DNA of 64,000 nucleotides. Origin: Candidatus Omnitrophota bacterium. Its GTDB lineage: Bacteria; Omnitrophota; Gorgyraeia; Zapsychrales; JANLHA01. Positions 36,878 through 46,700 of this stretch are shown here, piece after piece. The translations under genes and the position numbers were made by a program. Position 1 is the stretch's first letter; each line of letters opens with the position of its first letter. The stretch spans positions 659,136 to 723,135 of the forward strand of contig OY759724.1 of the NCBI GenBank assembly GCA_963662715.1. Reading direction: 5' to 3'. Below the pieces are notes generated by a model, which had not been told where the DNA came from, did no database searches, and saw only the letters and a list, made by a program, of their open reading frames with translations.

Positions 36878-38431
36878 TTATAAATCTATCGTATACCCGT
36901 CATTATCATTAAGATAGGGGTAACCGTGACGGTAATTTTTATGATCCAGTTCGATCAGGATTCCTTTTAATTCCTGAGGGGCAGCGTTTTCCTGCAAAGC
37001 GACCCCACGCCCCTTGTATCGCCAGATGCGATATATTCTTTCTTTTAAAAAAGGCCCAGAATAGATCGGTTTATTATACGGGTCAAAGCGGCATTCCTGC
37101 CCAAGGAATAAAAGTTTTATCCGGGAAGGATGATAAGGATAATAATGGTACTTCTTATATATATTATTAGTTTCAATGAAAACAAAACAAAGATTCATTT
37201 GAATAAAAAACAGGCAGGCAAAAACAACAGCTTTATTCAACCGGGATAAGAATAATAAACGTGCCAAGAATATGGCAAAAAATACAGACCAATATGTTCC
37301 GTACCAATAAGGCCCCCAGATAACATTGGAAACAGTCATAAACAAATTATGAAACAATATCAGCATTGACAATCCGAAAGCCCATAGGATAAGTTCGATA
37401 TGGATCGTGCTGTCCCGGGGAATCCGTCTTTGCTGATAAAATGCGCGGACGACAAGGACCGACAGCGTTATGACACATAAACAGTTCACCGCCCCTAACA
37501 ACTTAAACCATACCAGACTGTTGGGAGAGATTTTGACGATCCCCAGCGTATCAAAAATTAATAATGCTGCGTTTCGGGACAAATTTTGAATAAACACGCT
37601 GAAGGTTCTTTCATGAAATAATCCTTCGATCTTGCCGTATCCTTGAATCGGATCAAAACAGCCGGCGGAGTTTGTCATCATCGGCAGAAACTTTGTATAC
37701 AACAACAAAGCCAGCACTGGGATTAACAGGAACCCCGTGAGCCTCACCCTATCCGTCAGTAAATACGGAAAAAATAACACAACAGCAGGGTAAATGAGAA
37801 GTGCTGTTTCGTCCCAGAAGAAACTTATGAGCATCAACATGAGGAACCCGGCGAAACGCCAAGAGGGGAACGAACGGCTTTTGTCACAATGGGGTGGTGA
37901 TGATTTGCATAGCGTTGAGGCATAAAACAGGCACAGGATGATGGAAAAATTCGTCATGGCTTTCGCTGGACGAAAAAGCATGACAACAAGCGACAAGAAG
38001 CCGGGGGACAGCAAATAAAAAGCGACAGCAGCTAAAGCGGTATTGGCGTCTATTTTTATGTTTCGAAGAAACCGGAACATAAAAATGGGGGATAATATTA
38101 AAGAAAATATCCATGTCAAGGATAAGCTGGGGTGCGGAGCGACGGCTTGCCATAACCAAACACGAAACTTGGTATCGATAATTTCAAAATAGGAAGATAG
38201 CGGCCTGGATATCCGGGGTGCATATTCGAAAACATTCCAGTTTAAGCCAAGCTGAAAATCCTGCAGGCTGAGATCTTTTCCTTGGTCCAATATCTGGCTT
38301 TTTATCCAGAATTGCTCAGGATGCATCCAGACATGATCATAAGACAACAAAAGGAACGCAATAAATACGTAGGCAAAAGAAAGCAAAAGCGCGGCAGGGT
38401 AATTTCGAATAAATTGAAGGAACGCTCGCAT
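36878..38431 (-). CDS. Hypothetical polytopic membrane protein (possible GT-C-like glycosyltransferase)
   Basis: 517 aa, with at least 10 hydrophobic segments. It is rich in aromatic residues. A long periplasmic-loop-like hydrophilic stretch lies near the C-terminus. No catalytic motif was identified. Confidence 0.4.
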   Translation of the reverse strand: MRAFLQFIRNYPAALLLSFAYVFIAFLLLSYDHVWMHPEQFWIKSQILDQGKDLSLQDFQLGLNWNVFEYAPRISRPLSSYFEIIDTKFRVWLWQAVAPHPSLSLTWIFSLILSPIFMFRFLRNIKIDANTALAAVAFYLLSPGFLSLVVMLFRPAKAMTNFSIILCLFYASTLCKSSPPHCDKSRSFPSWRFAGFLMLMLISFFWDETALLIYPAVVLFFPYLLTDRVRLTGFLLIPVLALLLYTKFLPMMTNSAGCFDPIQGYGKIEGLFHERTFSVFIQNLSRNAALLIFDTLGIVKISPNSLVWFKLLGAVNCLCVITLSVLVVRAFYQQRRIPRDSTIHIELILWAFGLSMLILFHNLFMTVSNVIWGPYWYGTYWSVFFAIFLARLLFLSRLNKAVVFACLFFIQMNLCFVFIETNNIYKKYHYYPYHPSRIKLLFLGQECRFDPYNKPIYSGPFLKERIYRIWRYKGRGVALQENAAPQELKGILIELDHKNYRHGYPYLNDNDGYTIDL

Positions 38432-38685
38432 GTATGTTGGCTTAAATTTTATAAATTAAATTTTTTATTTAATAGTCTAGCAGTAAACGTCTGAAATGTC
38501 CGGGATAAAAAAGGCGCAAAAGAACGGGGCAAAAATGCCGGGCTCATCAAAAAAAGGCAAACATATGGACAAAACTTCCTGATAAGAGTATCTTAAACAT
38601 AAGAAAATTCAATCGCACTGTTCATGTTTCTCAAAGGAGTTTCCCGGGAAACGACCTCCATAAACCTAAAGGGTTGTTTATAGTT

Positions 38686-40410
38686 ATGGCGACATTATCA
38701 AAACCCTTCGGAAACAGAAAAACATATTTTCTTTCTTTACTGATTATCATCACGGTTAATTTGATTGTCTTCTCTCCCTCGTTTCATATCCGGGCCAAAG
38801 GCGACCATATCGCCTATCTCATCGAAACCGCCGACATAGAAGACCTGACAGAGTTAATTAATTACAGTTATTCCTACTGCCGGACACGGGTTATTTATCC
38901 CGGAGACCGCATCTTATTCCGCCCGCTGTTTTATGTTCTTCTTTCCCTTGAGAAATGGCTTTGGGGTTACAATTTCATTTATTGGCAAATAACGGGCTTC
39001 TTCTTTCATATCATCATCCTGTCTTTACTCCTTAGAGCATTAAATACGCTTCAGAGCCACAACATTTCATTTCTTTTTGTCCTGTTCTTTTCTGTCTTAT
39101 ACATCGGACACGATCTGGTGACATGGCACCACATGCACGGCTACTTAGTGTTCATAATTTTGCTTCTCTTCTCCTTTATTCATTTTATTCATTACGTTCA
39201 AAATGAGCAGAAAAATCACAAGAATTTATGGAGCATGATCGGATGCCTCTTGCCCGCTGTGTTTATCAATGAGTTCGGCGCTGTCGCTGCCATAATATTC
39301 TGGGGCACTTTACTGATTCACCGCAAGTTTGTTCTGTCTCCCCGGAGGAAAGGGAATGACGCGGACAAAAGATGCTTCCGGAAATTCAACAATTTGACTT
39401 TCCTCTTTCTGCCCGTGATAATCTATTTTTATTTAAGCCTGATCGACTTCAACCTGAGATTTTCAACAGGCTGTCTTTCCCAGGGATCAAACTTTTTTGC
39501 TTCTCTGGCTTCTCCCGGAAAACTCCTTATGCATTTCGTCTCCCTTCTCCTGGCCAGCTTTAGCCTTCCGGTTATTCCTGCGGCGTTCATGATATTTGTC
39601 GATGAAAAAAATTATGCCCAATTCATGAACCTTTCCCTCATCATGCAATATGACCCGCACACAAAAACTTTCTTCATATTAAATATCCTTCTTCTGCTGA
39701 CCGCCGTGACGACAGGGGGCATGCTTATTTACAACCTGAGCAAAGACAAAATCCGGCTGAGCCCTAAGCTACGCGAGGCCTGTCACAATAAACAAATTCA
39801 AGATCTTCTTATCATGACATCCCTATGCAGTTTAATGCTTACGGCTTATATTTTTGTCCTGGTATTTTTCCGGACATCAGGAAAAACCCTCTCGTATGTT
39901 TCTAATAATCTATACCATTTTTATATTCTGACCATATTCCCGGCCATTATTAGCTACTGTATATTTTTTGTCATCCATAATATCTTTATTAAGCACCAAA
40001 AAATGCTGACAAGCCTGACTGTCGTTGTGCTAGTGCTCGGAATTTCTTTAAATGCTTCAAAAGTATACATGTTAAATAACATTGCTCAAAAAAAATACGC
40101 TCCCTGGACTCAGTTTATCAGAGAATTAGGACAATTTGTCAATGAACATAAAGAAGAACCCGGGTTCTCTTTTTTCTTTGTAAGCCGAGACACCCCGAAT
40201 TATTTCCGCGTAACGGCCGAAAACAACCTGGAAAAGAAAGAGATACTCGGGTACACTTCCGATTTTCTTTTCCGGAGATATATCAACACCCTTTCTCCGA
40301 AATATTATCTTATTTTCAGACAGCACGAAGGCATTGTCCCTTTCCAATCCCAAAAAGAGGCAGAAAAATACCTGCAGCAAGAACAGACAAACCGCTTAAC
40401 AGCTGAATAA
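38686..40410 (+). CDS. Hypothetical polytopic membrane protein
   Basis: About 574 aa counted from the ATG (MATLSKPF). The track start at 38674 is a TTG. It has at least 12 hydrophobic segments and a soluble C-terminal domain. It lies divergent from 36878..38431 across an AT-rich promoter region. Confidence 0.4.
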   Translation: MATLSKPFGNRKTYFLSLLIIITVNLIVFSPSFHIRAKGDHIAYLIETADIEDLTELINYSYSYCRTRVIYPGDRILFRPLFYVLLSLEKWLWGYNFIYWQITGFFFHIIILSLLLRALNTLQSHNISFLFVLFFSVLYIGHDLVTWHHMHGYLVFIILLLFSFIHFIHYVQNEQKNHKNLWSMIGCLLPAVFINEFGAVAAIIFWGTLLIHRKFVLSPRRKGNDADKRCFRKFNNLTFLFLPVIIYFYLSLIDFNLRFSTGCLSQGSNFFASLASPGKLLMHFVSLLLASFSLPVIPAAFMIFVDEKNYAQFMNLSLIMQYDPHTKTFFILNILLLLTAVTTGGMLIYNLSKDKIRLSPKLREACHNKQIQDLLIMTSLCSLMLTAYIFVLVFFRTSGKTLSYVSNNLYHFYILTIFPAIISYCIFFVIHNIFIKHQKMLTSLTVVVLVLGISLNASKVYMLNNIAQKKYAPWTQFIRELGQFVNEHKEEPGFSFFFVSRDTPNYFRVTAENNLEKKEILGYTSDFLFRRYINTLSPKYYLIFRQHEGIVPFQSQKEAEKYLQQEQTNRLTAE

Positions 40411-40580
40411 CCAATGATCGTCACCCGTCTTCGGGACTCCACAGGCCGGATGGCAGAATGTGCCTGTCCACATCAGGGCGTGCATTTAATTTTTCTTTGG
40501 ATCTTAACAGAGAATTTAAAGGAAGGCGGACGCCGATAAAGCAACCATCCGTGCTGGATCAGGATTTCAAAAAAAGCCCA

Positions 40581-41135
40581 TTACCCCCGGAGCACAAAAA
40601 TCTTTTTAATACGGGAACAGATATCCTGCACCTGGACAGGCTTTTCGATAAATTCCACAAATTTAAAAGAAGCAAAAGAATCTTTCTGCAGACGCCGGTC
40701 TGAAAAGATAAAGACCGGAATTTTCCGGCCGATCGGACTGGCTCTTAAAGATTTCATGAAATCCCAGCCGTGAGAGGCAAGCAAATGACAGTCACAAATA
40801 ATGAGATCCGGCACCAGTTGCCTCACCTTATTTAAACCTGTCGCCTCATCCTGGGTGAGGAAAGGCTGAAACCCCAGGTATTTGACCTCCTTGCATACCT
40901 GGTAGCCCAGCCCTTTCTTCCGCATAATGCAAAGGATGACCCGGGCCAGCATGTTTTTCATTCTGCGCTCCATCTCACTAACGAGTTCAGAGGCCGTCAC
41001 CTGGTCCACCCCCAGTTCGACTAACTTATCAATAATATCCGACTTGTACAGACCGGCTAAAACCTGCTGAGCGACAAAATCATAAAGGTGAATGATATCT
41101 CTTTCTCTTTTTATTCTTTCCTGTTCATCCGTCAT
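40581..41135 (-). CDS. Receiver-domain-containing protein (atypical response regulator)
   Basis: The C-terminal about 110 aa resemble a receiver (LVPDLIICDCHLLASHGWDFMKSLRAS ... IPVFIFSD). The N-terminal 75 aa are helical with no DNA-binding motif seen. A strong AGGGAG RBS is present. Confidence 0.45.
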   Translation of the reverse strand: MTDEQERIKRERDIIHLYDFVAQQVLAGLYKSDIIDKLVELGVDQVTASELVSEMERRMKNMLARVILCIMRKKGLGYQVCKEVKYLGFQPFLTQDEATGLNKVRQLVPDLIICDCHLLASHGWDFMKSLRASPIGRKIPVFIFSDRRLQKDSFASFKFVEFIEKPVQVQDICSRIKKIFVLRG

Positions 41136-41153
41136 GGATTCCTGACTCCCTAA

Positions 41154-42713
41154 CTAAGGGCCTGCTGTTCCGGCAAGAATCGCCTGAGCGACATTTTCCG
41201 CTATTAAACGGTTGCCTTTCGGCGTACAATGGCCGAAATTACCGGCAAAAGAATCCGAGAAAATCTCGTTATATTCTCCGTGCAGAAGCTCATTCTCAAA
41301 ATTCTGTTTATTTTCCAAGAAGACGATATCCCGCTGATCCGAAAAAATTTCTTTAAGCGGCCCGACATTTCTAAGCGGGTATTGCATGCAAAAAAGACGT
41401 ACGCGCCGGTCCAGGATCATTCTGGCGATCTCCCGGTAATTCCTGACCGTGACCGGCAAATAGCTCTCTTCTTCCTCCCGCAGGGCCTTCGCTTTCTGCG
41501 CCATCTGCCGGGCTTTTTTTCCGTCTCCCATCTTTCTATAAAGCTGCGCTAATTGTTCATATTGCAAAAAATCATCCGGATATTCTTTCACCGATTCCTG
41601 CAAAACGACCTCTGCCTCCTCGAGATAGTTATGATCCATAAGCCACTTTCCGATGGTGCCGTCCACTTTAAAAAGCTTAGTATCCTGCTCAAAGACTTTT
41701 TCATAAATGTCCTTGGCCTCTTTTTCCCGTCCGAGCGCTTCATAGCAACGGGCCATTTCCATATGAGCTAAAACAGTATCCGTGTTTATGGTAACGGCTT
41801 TATTTAAAAGAGGCAGCGCTTTATCACAATGATCCTCTTCAGCATAGCTGCGGGCTAGTTCCACATAAGCCCCATAATTATCGGGGTCCAGCTGAATCGC
41901 ATGTTCAAACTGCTCTTCGGCTTCGGGATATCTCTTATGCATCCGGTAAAACCATCCTAAATGCACATGATAATAACTTTCCAGCGTTCTCAGTTTTCTA
42001 AGCTGCAGATATCCTTTTTTCCGCTTTTCAATATTTTTTTCCTGCGACATCTGAATATTGAGAATTTTTATCAGAGACTGTATCTTTTGAATATTTTCCT
42101 GGGCCGCTTCCGAGCCTTTGGCATCACTGATATATTCCTCCTCTAAAATCCGCTGCCGTTCCGCGTTATGCTGGTCCAAATAAGAATCCCCTCCCCGCCA
42201 CTCCCGCATTTTGGCCGTGATATGAAGCTTGAGATATTGCAGAAGCCGGCAGGTCCGCCAACGGGAAAAAACAGAAAACACGCCGCCCCGGTTCTGAACG
42301 GGTGCCTGCATCTTGAGCGAATCGTTGATTCCGATCATCGCGACGACGGCCTGAGGCCGGTATGTCTGAAGATATCTGGGAAGCCGCGCCAAAATATCCG
42401 AGGAAGTTTTCGAAACCAACCCTTTGTTAATGACCTTGAACGTGATCCGGGACTGTTTCCGGTTCAATATCTGCTCCAGTTGAGACGGATAGGAATTCTC
42501 GCCGCCCAAAGCCGTCGTCGATTCTCCAATGCATAAAATCCGGAACTCCTGCCGGTCAAAGGTCGCTTTATTCGAGGACTCCTGAAGAAGAGAAAAAACG
42601 GCCCCTCCTATTCTTAATCCCGCTTCTAAAATCAATATCGTCAAAACACATCCGAGAAACAGAAGAAAAATTTTCTGATAAAATTTTGTGGGCTGGTGAG
42701 GAGAACGTTTCAT
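41154..42713 (-). CDS. SGNH/GDSL-family hydrolase with a central TPR-repeat insertion
   Basis: An N-terminal TM anchor is followed by SGNH block I ILCIGESTTA and block III MIGINDS. A TPR region of about 250 aa comes next (YPEAEEQFEHAIQLDPDNYGAYVELARSYAEEDHCDKALPLLNKAV...). SGNH block V closes the protein (DSFAGNFGHCTPKGNRLIAENVAQAI). Start set at the ATG. The track start is a TTG. Confidence 0.5.
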   Translation of the reverse strand: MKRSPHQPTKFYQKIFLLFLGCVLTILILEAGLRIGGAVFSLLQESSNKATFDRQEFRILCIGESTTALGGENSYPSQLEQILNRKQSRITFKVINKGLVSKTSSDILARLPRYLQTYRPQAVVAMIGINDSLKMQAPVQNRGGVFSVFSRWRTCRLLQYLKLHITAKMREWRGGDSYLDQHNAERQRILEEEYISDAKGSEAAQENIQKIQSLIKILNIQMSQEKNIEKRKKGYLQLRKLRTLESYYHVHLGWFYRMHKRYPEAEEQFEHAIQLDPDNYGAYVELARSYAEEDHCDKALPLLNKAVTINTDTVLAHMEMARCYEALGREKEAKDIYEKVFEQDTKLFKVDGTIGKWLMDHNYLEEAEVVLQESVKEYPDDFLQYEQLAQLYRKMGDGKKARQMAQKAKALREEEESYLPVTVRNYREIARMILDRRVRLFCMQYPLRNVGPLKEIFSDQRDIVFLENKQNFENELLHGEYNEIFSDSFAGNFGHCTPKGNRLIAENVAQAILAGTAGP

Positions 42714-42733
42714 GGGGAAGTCCGGCAATTCCT

Positions 42734-43759
42734 TTAATTAACCTGCCTGCTTTGGATCTCTTGTTCAGCGAGTTTTAAAGCCCGGATATCCTTTTTATCC
42801 TGCGGGTTCATAACCGGGCAGTATAAAACCCGCAGGGGCTCCGCCTCTTTATATTTTGAATGCCATTGAATGAGAGCCGCGGCTGTCGCTAACACGGTCC
42901 GGGAAGGATTCCGGGATTTTAAAATAAGCACGGGCCCCGGATAGGCCTCCTCCAGCTGCATCAGCAGATCTTCCGGCCAGGCATGCTGTTGAAGCTGATG
43001 ATTCTCGTATTCATTCCGTCCTAAAACAGCCACCGAATCCTCACTCAAACGAAAATACCGGCCCCATTTCAGGATCTCTGTTTCCCGATAATGGCGACAA
43101 CCGAATTGCAGAAAATCTTTCATCTTATTTCCGAAAGGGGGTTCCGTCAGCAAACAGCCTCCGGCCGGCGGCGCAAAAGTTTTAATCCCCCACTCCTCAG
43201 CCAGGGCCAGCTGCCTTTTCCGGGACCGGCCGGAAATATCTAAAAGCCGGCGCCGGTCAACCATCCCCTCCTCCTCGGGAACCGTGGACGGCAGCAAAAG
43301 AGCTGAAAGAGGCCTCAGCAGTCGCCCTTTTAAAGACAAGGCTTTCTCAACGGCACGCAGGCTGTCCTTCTTTTGAGATTTCGGTCTTTGGCCCATAACT
43401 TCTCCGGTGAAAATAAATTCCCCCCCTATTTCCAGCAGGTATTGCGCGGCTTTTTCCATCATAAACAAATGGCAATCCATGCACGGGTTAAAGGCGCTGC
43501 CGTACCCGAACCGCGGGCGCTTCAGCATTTCCAGATAGTCGTTTTCCAGCTGAAAAATCTTCAAGGCGATATGCTGTTCCTCAGCCATGGCCCGGACATG
43601 ATGCATCTTCTCATTTCCCCAGGGAAAGACAAAAAAAATCCCATAGACTTCAACACCTAAATCTTTCATAAGCCGGACAGCCAAAGCACTGTCCAGGCCT
43701 CCGGATATCAGCCCTACAGCTTTTATTTTTGCGCCGCTATGACTTTCCATGTTTTTCAT
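42734..43759 (-). CDS. PP-loop ATPase of the MnmA/TrmU tRNA 2-thiouridylase family (probable)
   Basis: PP-loop KAVGLISGGLDSALAVRL. It also has NPCMDCH and AGGCLLTEPPFGNKMKDFL, which align with the two catalytic-Cys regions of MnmA (NPDILCN and DSTGICFIGER-F-FL). Length is about 340 aa. Start set at the ATG. The track start is a GTG. Confidence 0.5.
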   Translation of the reverse strand: MKNMESHSGAKIKAVGLISGGLDSALAVRLMKDLGVEVYGIFFVFPWGNEKMHHVRAMAEEQHIALKIFQLENDYLEMLKRPRFGYGSAFNPCMDCHLFMMEKAAQYLLEIGGEFIFTGEVMGQRPKSQKKDSLRAVEKALSLKGRLLRPLSALLLPSTVPEEEGMVDRRRLLDISGRSRKRQLALAEEWGIKTFAPPAGGCLLTEPPFGNKMKDFLQFGCRHYRETEILKWGRYFRLSEDSVAVLGRNEYENHQLQQHAWPEDLLMQLEEAYPGPVLILKSRNPSRTVLATAAALIQWHSKYKEAEPLRVLYCPVMNPQDKKDIRALKLAEQEIQSRQVN

Positions 43760-43800
43760 GCTTATAATTACCTGGCCCGAAAAATCAGGCACAATCGGTC

Positions 43801-44097
43801 CTACAAAAAATCAATCTGGTGATCACAGATTTCAACGGCGTGATACCCGTCAATGAGATTCAGAATACTCTGCAAGGCACTTTGAATATAGGAGCGGTCA
43901 TTCCCTATCATGCTGAAGCCCAGCATGGCTGTCTGCCATTTATCATGGCCGTCAAGTTCAGCCATCGACACATTATATGACGGCCTGATTTTATCTTTCA
44001 AACGCCTTAAGACCATGCGCTTATCCTTGAGGGATAAAGATTCCCCGATAAACAGATCCACGTATAAAACACCGATATGAATCGCCGGTTCCGACAT
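43801..44097 (-). CDS. DUF503-family protein
   Basis: 98 aa. HIGVLYVDLFIGESLSLKDKRMVLRRLKDKIR matches the DUF503 consensus (HIGVLxVEL...SLKEKRxVVRSLKDRLR). A strong GAGGAGAAGC RBS is present. Confidence 0.5.
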   Translation of the reverse strand: MSEPAIHIGVLYVDLFIGESLSLKDKRMVLRRLKDKIRPSYNVSMAELDGHDKWQTAMLGFSMIGNDRSYIQSALQSILNLIDGYHAVEICDHQIDFL

Positions 44098-44210
44098 GCT
44101 TCTCCTCAGAATGAAATTTTAAAAAAAATCTGAAGAATCAGACGTTCAGCCTTTTATATTATACCCTCCCCCCCGGGAAACACATCAGCAATATGCCCGC
44201 CAAGAGCCCG

Positions 44211-45152
44211 TTATGCTGTTCTGACCAGTTTAGCCAAAAAGAAACCTGTCATAAAACGGGTCGGAAGAACCCGGCAACATTGTGTGAGGCGGGCATCAAA
44301 ATCCCGCTTTTGCCAGGTTTCCAAGCACGGATAGGTTGCGACAGACGGCAGATCAATGGCCTGGATCTGAAAATTCCGGTCCGTCTTTCTCAGGAACCAG
44401 TCCAGCACACCCTCGTTTTCTTCCGGGGCAAAGGTACACGTGGAGTAAACCAATATCCCGCCCGGCTTTAACAAACGGCCTGCGGCCAATAAAATCCCCC
44501 GTTGTTTTCTGACCATCTCCCTGATCTTTCTCAGGCTCCAGTAAGAATACGTCTTGGGGGCCCGGATATGAAAACGGCCTTCGGAACTGCAGGGGACATC
44601 CACCAGCACCTTGTCAAACGCCTCCCCGGATGTTCTATAACGCCTGGCATCCAGACAATAAAAAGACACATTCTCAGCCCCCAGGCGAAGGGCGACGTTT
44701 TTTAACTTGTAAAATCTTGACCGGATCGCTTCCACGGCGACAATGCTTCCCTGATTCTGCATTAAAGCGGCCATTTGTGTCGTCTTGCTTCCCGGAGCGG
44801 CGCACAGATCACAGACTCTTTCCCCCGGCAGAGGATTCAAGACCAGTGCCGGCAACATACTTGCTAGACTCTGCCTGTAAAGACAGCCCTTGTCAAAATA
44901 CGATGTCTCCAACAAATTCAAAGCCTCGGGACTTTCCAGAACCCAGGCCGCGGGATTCCAGTCGACATCCTGAAAAGCGATCTTTTTTTCTTTCAATAAA
45001 GCAATAATTTCTTTGCGGTCGGTTTTCAGGGTATTAATGCGAAGACTGAGCACAGGCTCCGACATGAAGGAAGACATCACACAGGAAAAATTCTCCTCGG
45101 GAACGATATGCCGCAAACGCTCAATAAAAAGGGGCGGTAATCCGGTATCCAT
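44211..45152 (-). CDS. RNA cytosine-C5 methyltransferase (NOL1/NOP2/Sun, RsmB/RsmF family)
   Basis: SAM-binding VCDLCAAPGSKTTQMA, the catalytic motif IV DKVLVDVPCSSEG and the motif VI Cys in LVYSTCTFAPEENE. Confidence 0.7.
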   Translation of the reverse strand: MDTGLPPLFIERLRHIVPEENFSCVMSSFMSEPVLSLRINTLKTDRKEIIALLKEKKIAFQDVDWNPAAWVLESPEALNLLETSYFDKGCLYRQSLASMLPALVLNPLPGERVCDLCAAPGSKTTQMAALMQNQGSIVAVEAIRSRFYKLKNVALRLGAENVSFYCLDARRYRTSGEAFDKVLVDVPCSSEGRFHIRAPKTYSYWSLRKIREMVRKQRGILLAAGRLLKPGGILVYSTCTFAPEENEGVLDWFLRKTDRNFQIQAIDLPSVATYPCLETWQKRDFDARLTQCCRVLPTRFMTGFFLAKLVRTA

Positions 45153-45158
45153 TTTCTC

Positions 45159-45467
45159 CTACTGGGCCCTCGCTTTTTCCTCTAAAGAACGGACTTTCCC
45201 ATCCATAGACAAAACTTTATCCTTGCGTTCATCCACTTCCAGGAAAACAACGACTCTGTCCGCATGCACCAATACAGCCTGATGAATCTTTGCCGCCAGG
45301 ACATACAACGTCTCCAAGGAAGGCCCTTCGATGATCGTACCCATGGACGTTATGTGATATTTGAAGTCCTGTTCTTGTTTAAGAATCCGGACGACCGGCA
45401 CAAGAAATTCACTGACAGAAGCTGTCGGCGTTCCCAAAGGAATAACTTTCATTTCCATGACAGGCAT
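45159..45467 (-). CDS. MTH1187/YkoF-family (thiamine-binding-like) protein
   Basis: 102 aa. MEMKVIPLGT ... ITSMGTIIEGPSLETLYVLAAKIHQAV ... VVVFLEVDERKDK matches the family pattern. Strong AAGGAGGG RBS. Confidence 0.55.
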   Translation of the reverse strand: MPVMEMKVIPLGTPTASVSEFLVPVVRILKQEQDFKYHITSMGTIIEGPSLETLYVLAAKIHQAVLVHADRVVVFLEVDERKDKVLSMDGKVRSLEEKARAQ

Positions 45468-45653
45468 ATATGGCCCTCCTTGTATAAACGGCTTTCGCAG
45501 CCTGGACCTCCAGAGACAATTCCCTCATATTATAAGGGACTCTGGAAAAAAGATAAGCATTATTATCGTAAAACTCGATTGCATGTTAGCCGAAAAGATG
45601 ATAAAAAAAATACAGTATCAAACATGCGCTGTTTTTAAGCTCAAAATAGGGGG

Positions 45654-46535
45654 ATGTCTTTCATGACTGATACAACCAGGAAACGGTTCCGTTTTCATGC
45701 CAAAAACCGAAACGGCGACTATGAAGACGGGGAGATTGAATCTTTAAGCCAGAACCATGCTCTTGACCAGCTCGATGCCAAAGGCCTCTCTGTCATCTCT
45801 ATCTCAGAAATCAAACAAACGTCTCCTCAGGATGCCCCGCCGCAGGCCACGCCCCCGAAACCTCCGGCCATCTCCAAGGCCCTGGCCAATAAACTCCTGT
45901 ACGGATTTATTGTCTGTGCATTTATTTTATCGGTCCTGTTCCTGGCCGGGATTGTGCGTGACGGATCAAAACAGGCCCGGCTGACATATCATATTGTCCG
46001 GGTGAAGCCTTCGGGACCGAACGATTTCCGCCGCAAAGACATTACCATAAAAGTCCCCAGGGGGGCTAGGAGCAAGTTTATCAAAACGGTCTCCCAGAAG
46101 ATCTATGACGATGTCAAAAAGAACAATCCTGTCATGGAAGAGGCTCAATTGTTCTTTTTTTCCGAGAATCAAGACGTTGATGTTCATAATCCTATTGCTG
46201 TCCTGCGCTGGAACTGGGAAGGCTACGGAGCATGGGAATACAACTTCAGCTTTCAGCACGAACAGGATGCCGATAAAAAAGTGATATTCAAACAAAAGCA
46301 ATATAAACGGGACAAATTTGTCGTCTACGAGTTCACGTTACCGTCTAATGTCTCCATCGACTCTTCCATGACTGTGGCGAAAGACCAGCTGGAGGCTCTG
46401 GCGCCTCAATGGGAGAAAAAAGTCAAAACGATAAAAGTTGACGTTCATTATGAAGGGTACACCAGAAATTTAATGACCTGCGAATACGACTTCAGCGGGG
46501 AAGGGGCGCAATGTGCCCTCAAGTCCAAAAAATAG
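45654..46535 (+). CDS. Hypothetical membrane-anchored protein with GspF/PilC-N-terminal-like cytoplasmic domain
   Basis: The N-terminus FRFHAKNRNGDYEDGEIESLSQNHALDQLDAKGLSVISI resembles the first cytoplasmic domain of GspF/PilC. A Pro/Ala-rich linker and a single TM (LLYGFIVCAFILSVLFLAGIV) follow, then about 190 aa of periplasmic domain. The true start may be at ATG 45663. Confidence 0.45.
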   Translation: MSFMTDTTRKRFRFHAKNRNGDYEDGEIESLSQNHALDQLDAKGLSVISISEIKQTSPQDAPPQATPPKPPAISKALANKLLYGFIVCAFILSVLFLAGIVRDGSKQARLTYHIVRVKPSGPNDFRRKDITIKVPRGARSKFIKTVSQKIYDDVKKNNPVMEEAQLFFFSENQDVDVHNPIAVLRWNWEGYGAWEYNFSFQHEQDADKKVIFKQKQYKRDKFVVYEFTLPSNVSIDSSMTVAKDQLEALAPQWEKKVKTIKVDVHYEGYTRNLMTCEYDFSGEGAQCALKSKK

Positions 46536-46620
46536 GGAAAGCCCCTTGCCTAAGGCCACAGACTTTCATGGGCAGAGAGGTAAAGCACAAAAAAAGCGAT
46601 ACTTACAGAGATAAAAACAA

Positions 46621-46651
46621 CAACCCATCCCAACCAGGGGTTGCTTTTTTT
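46621..46651 (+). terminator. Rho-independent terminator
   Basis: caaccc-atcccaacca-ggggttg hairpin followed by cttttttta, about 85 nt after the stop at 46535. Confidence 0.6.
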
Positions 46652-46700
46652 ATTTGATGTCACGGCTTTCTCCTTTCTTAAAAACTCCCCCTCAAAAGCC

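Noticed and set aside
40458-40703. Plus-strand 81-aa ORF after the 38686..40410 gene
   Set aside because: It overlaps the 3' end of the convergent receiver-domain gene and has no RBS or recognisable features.
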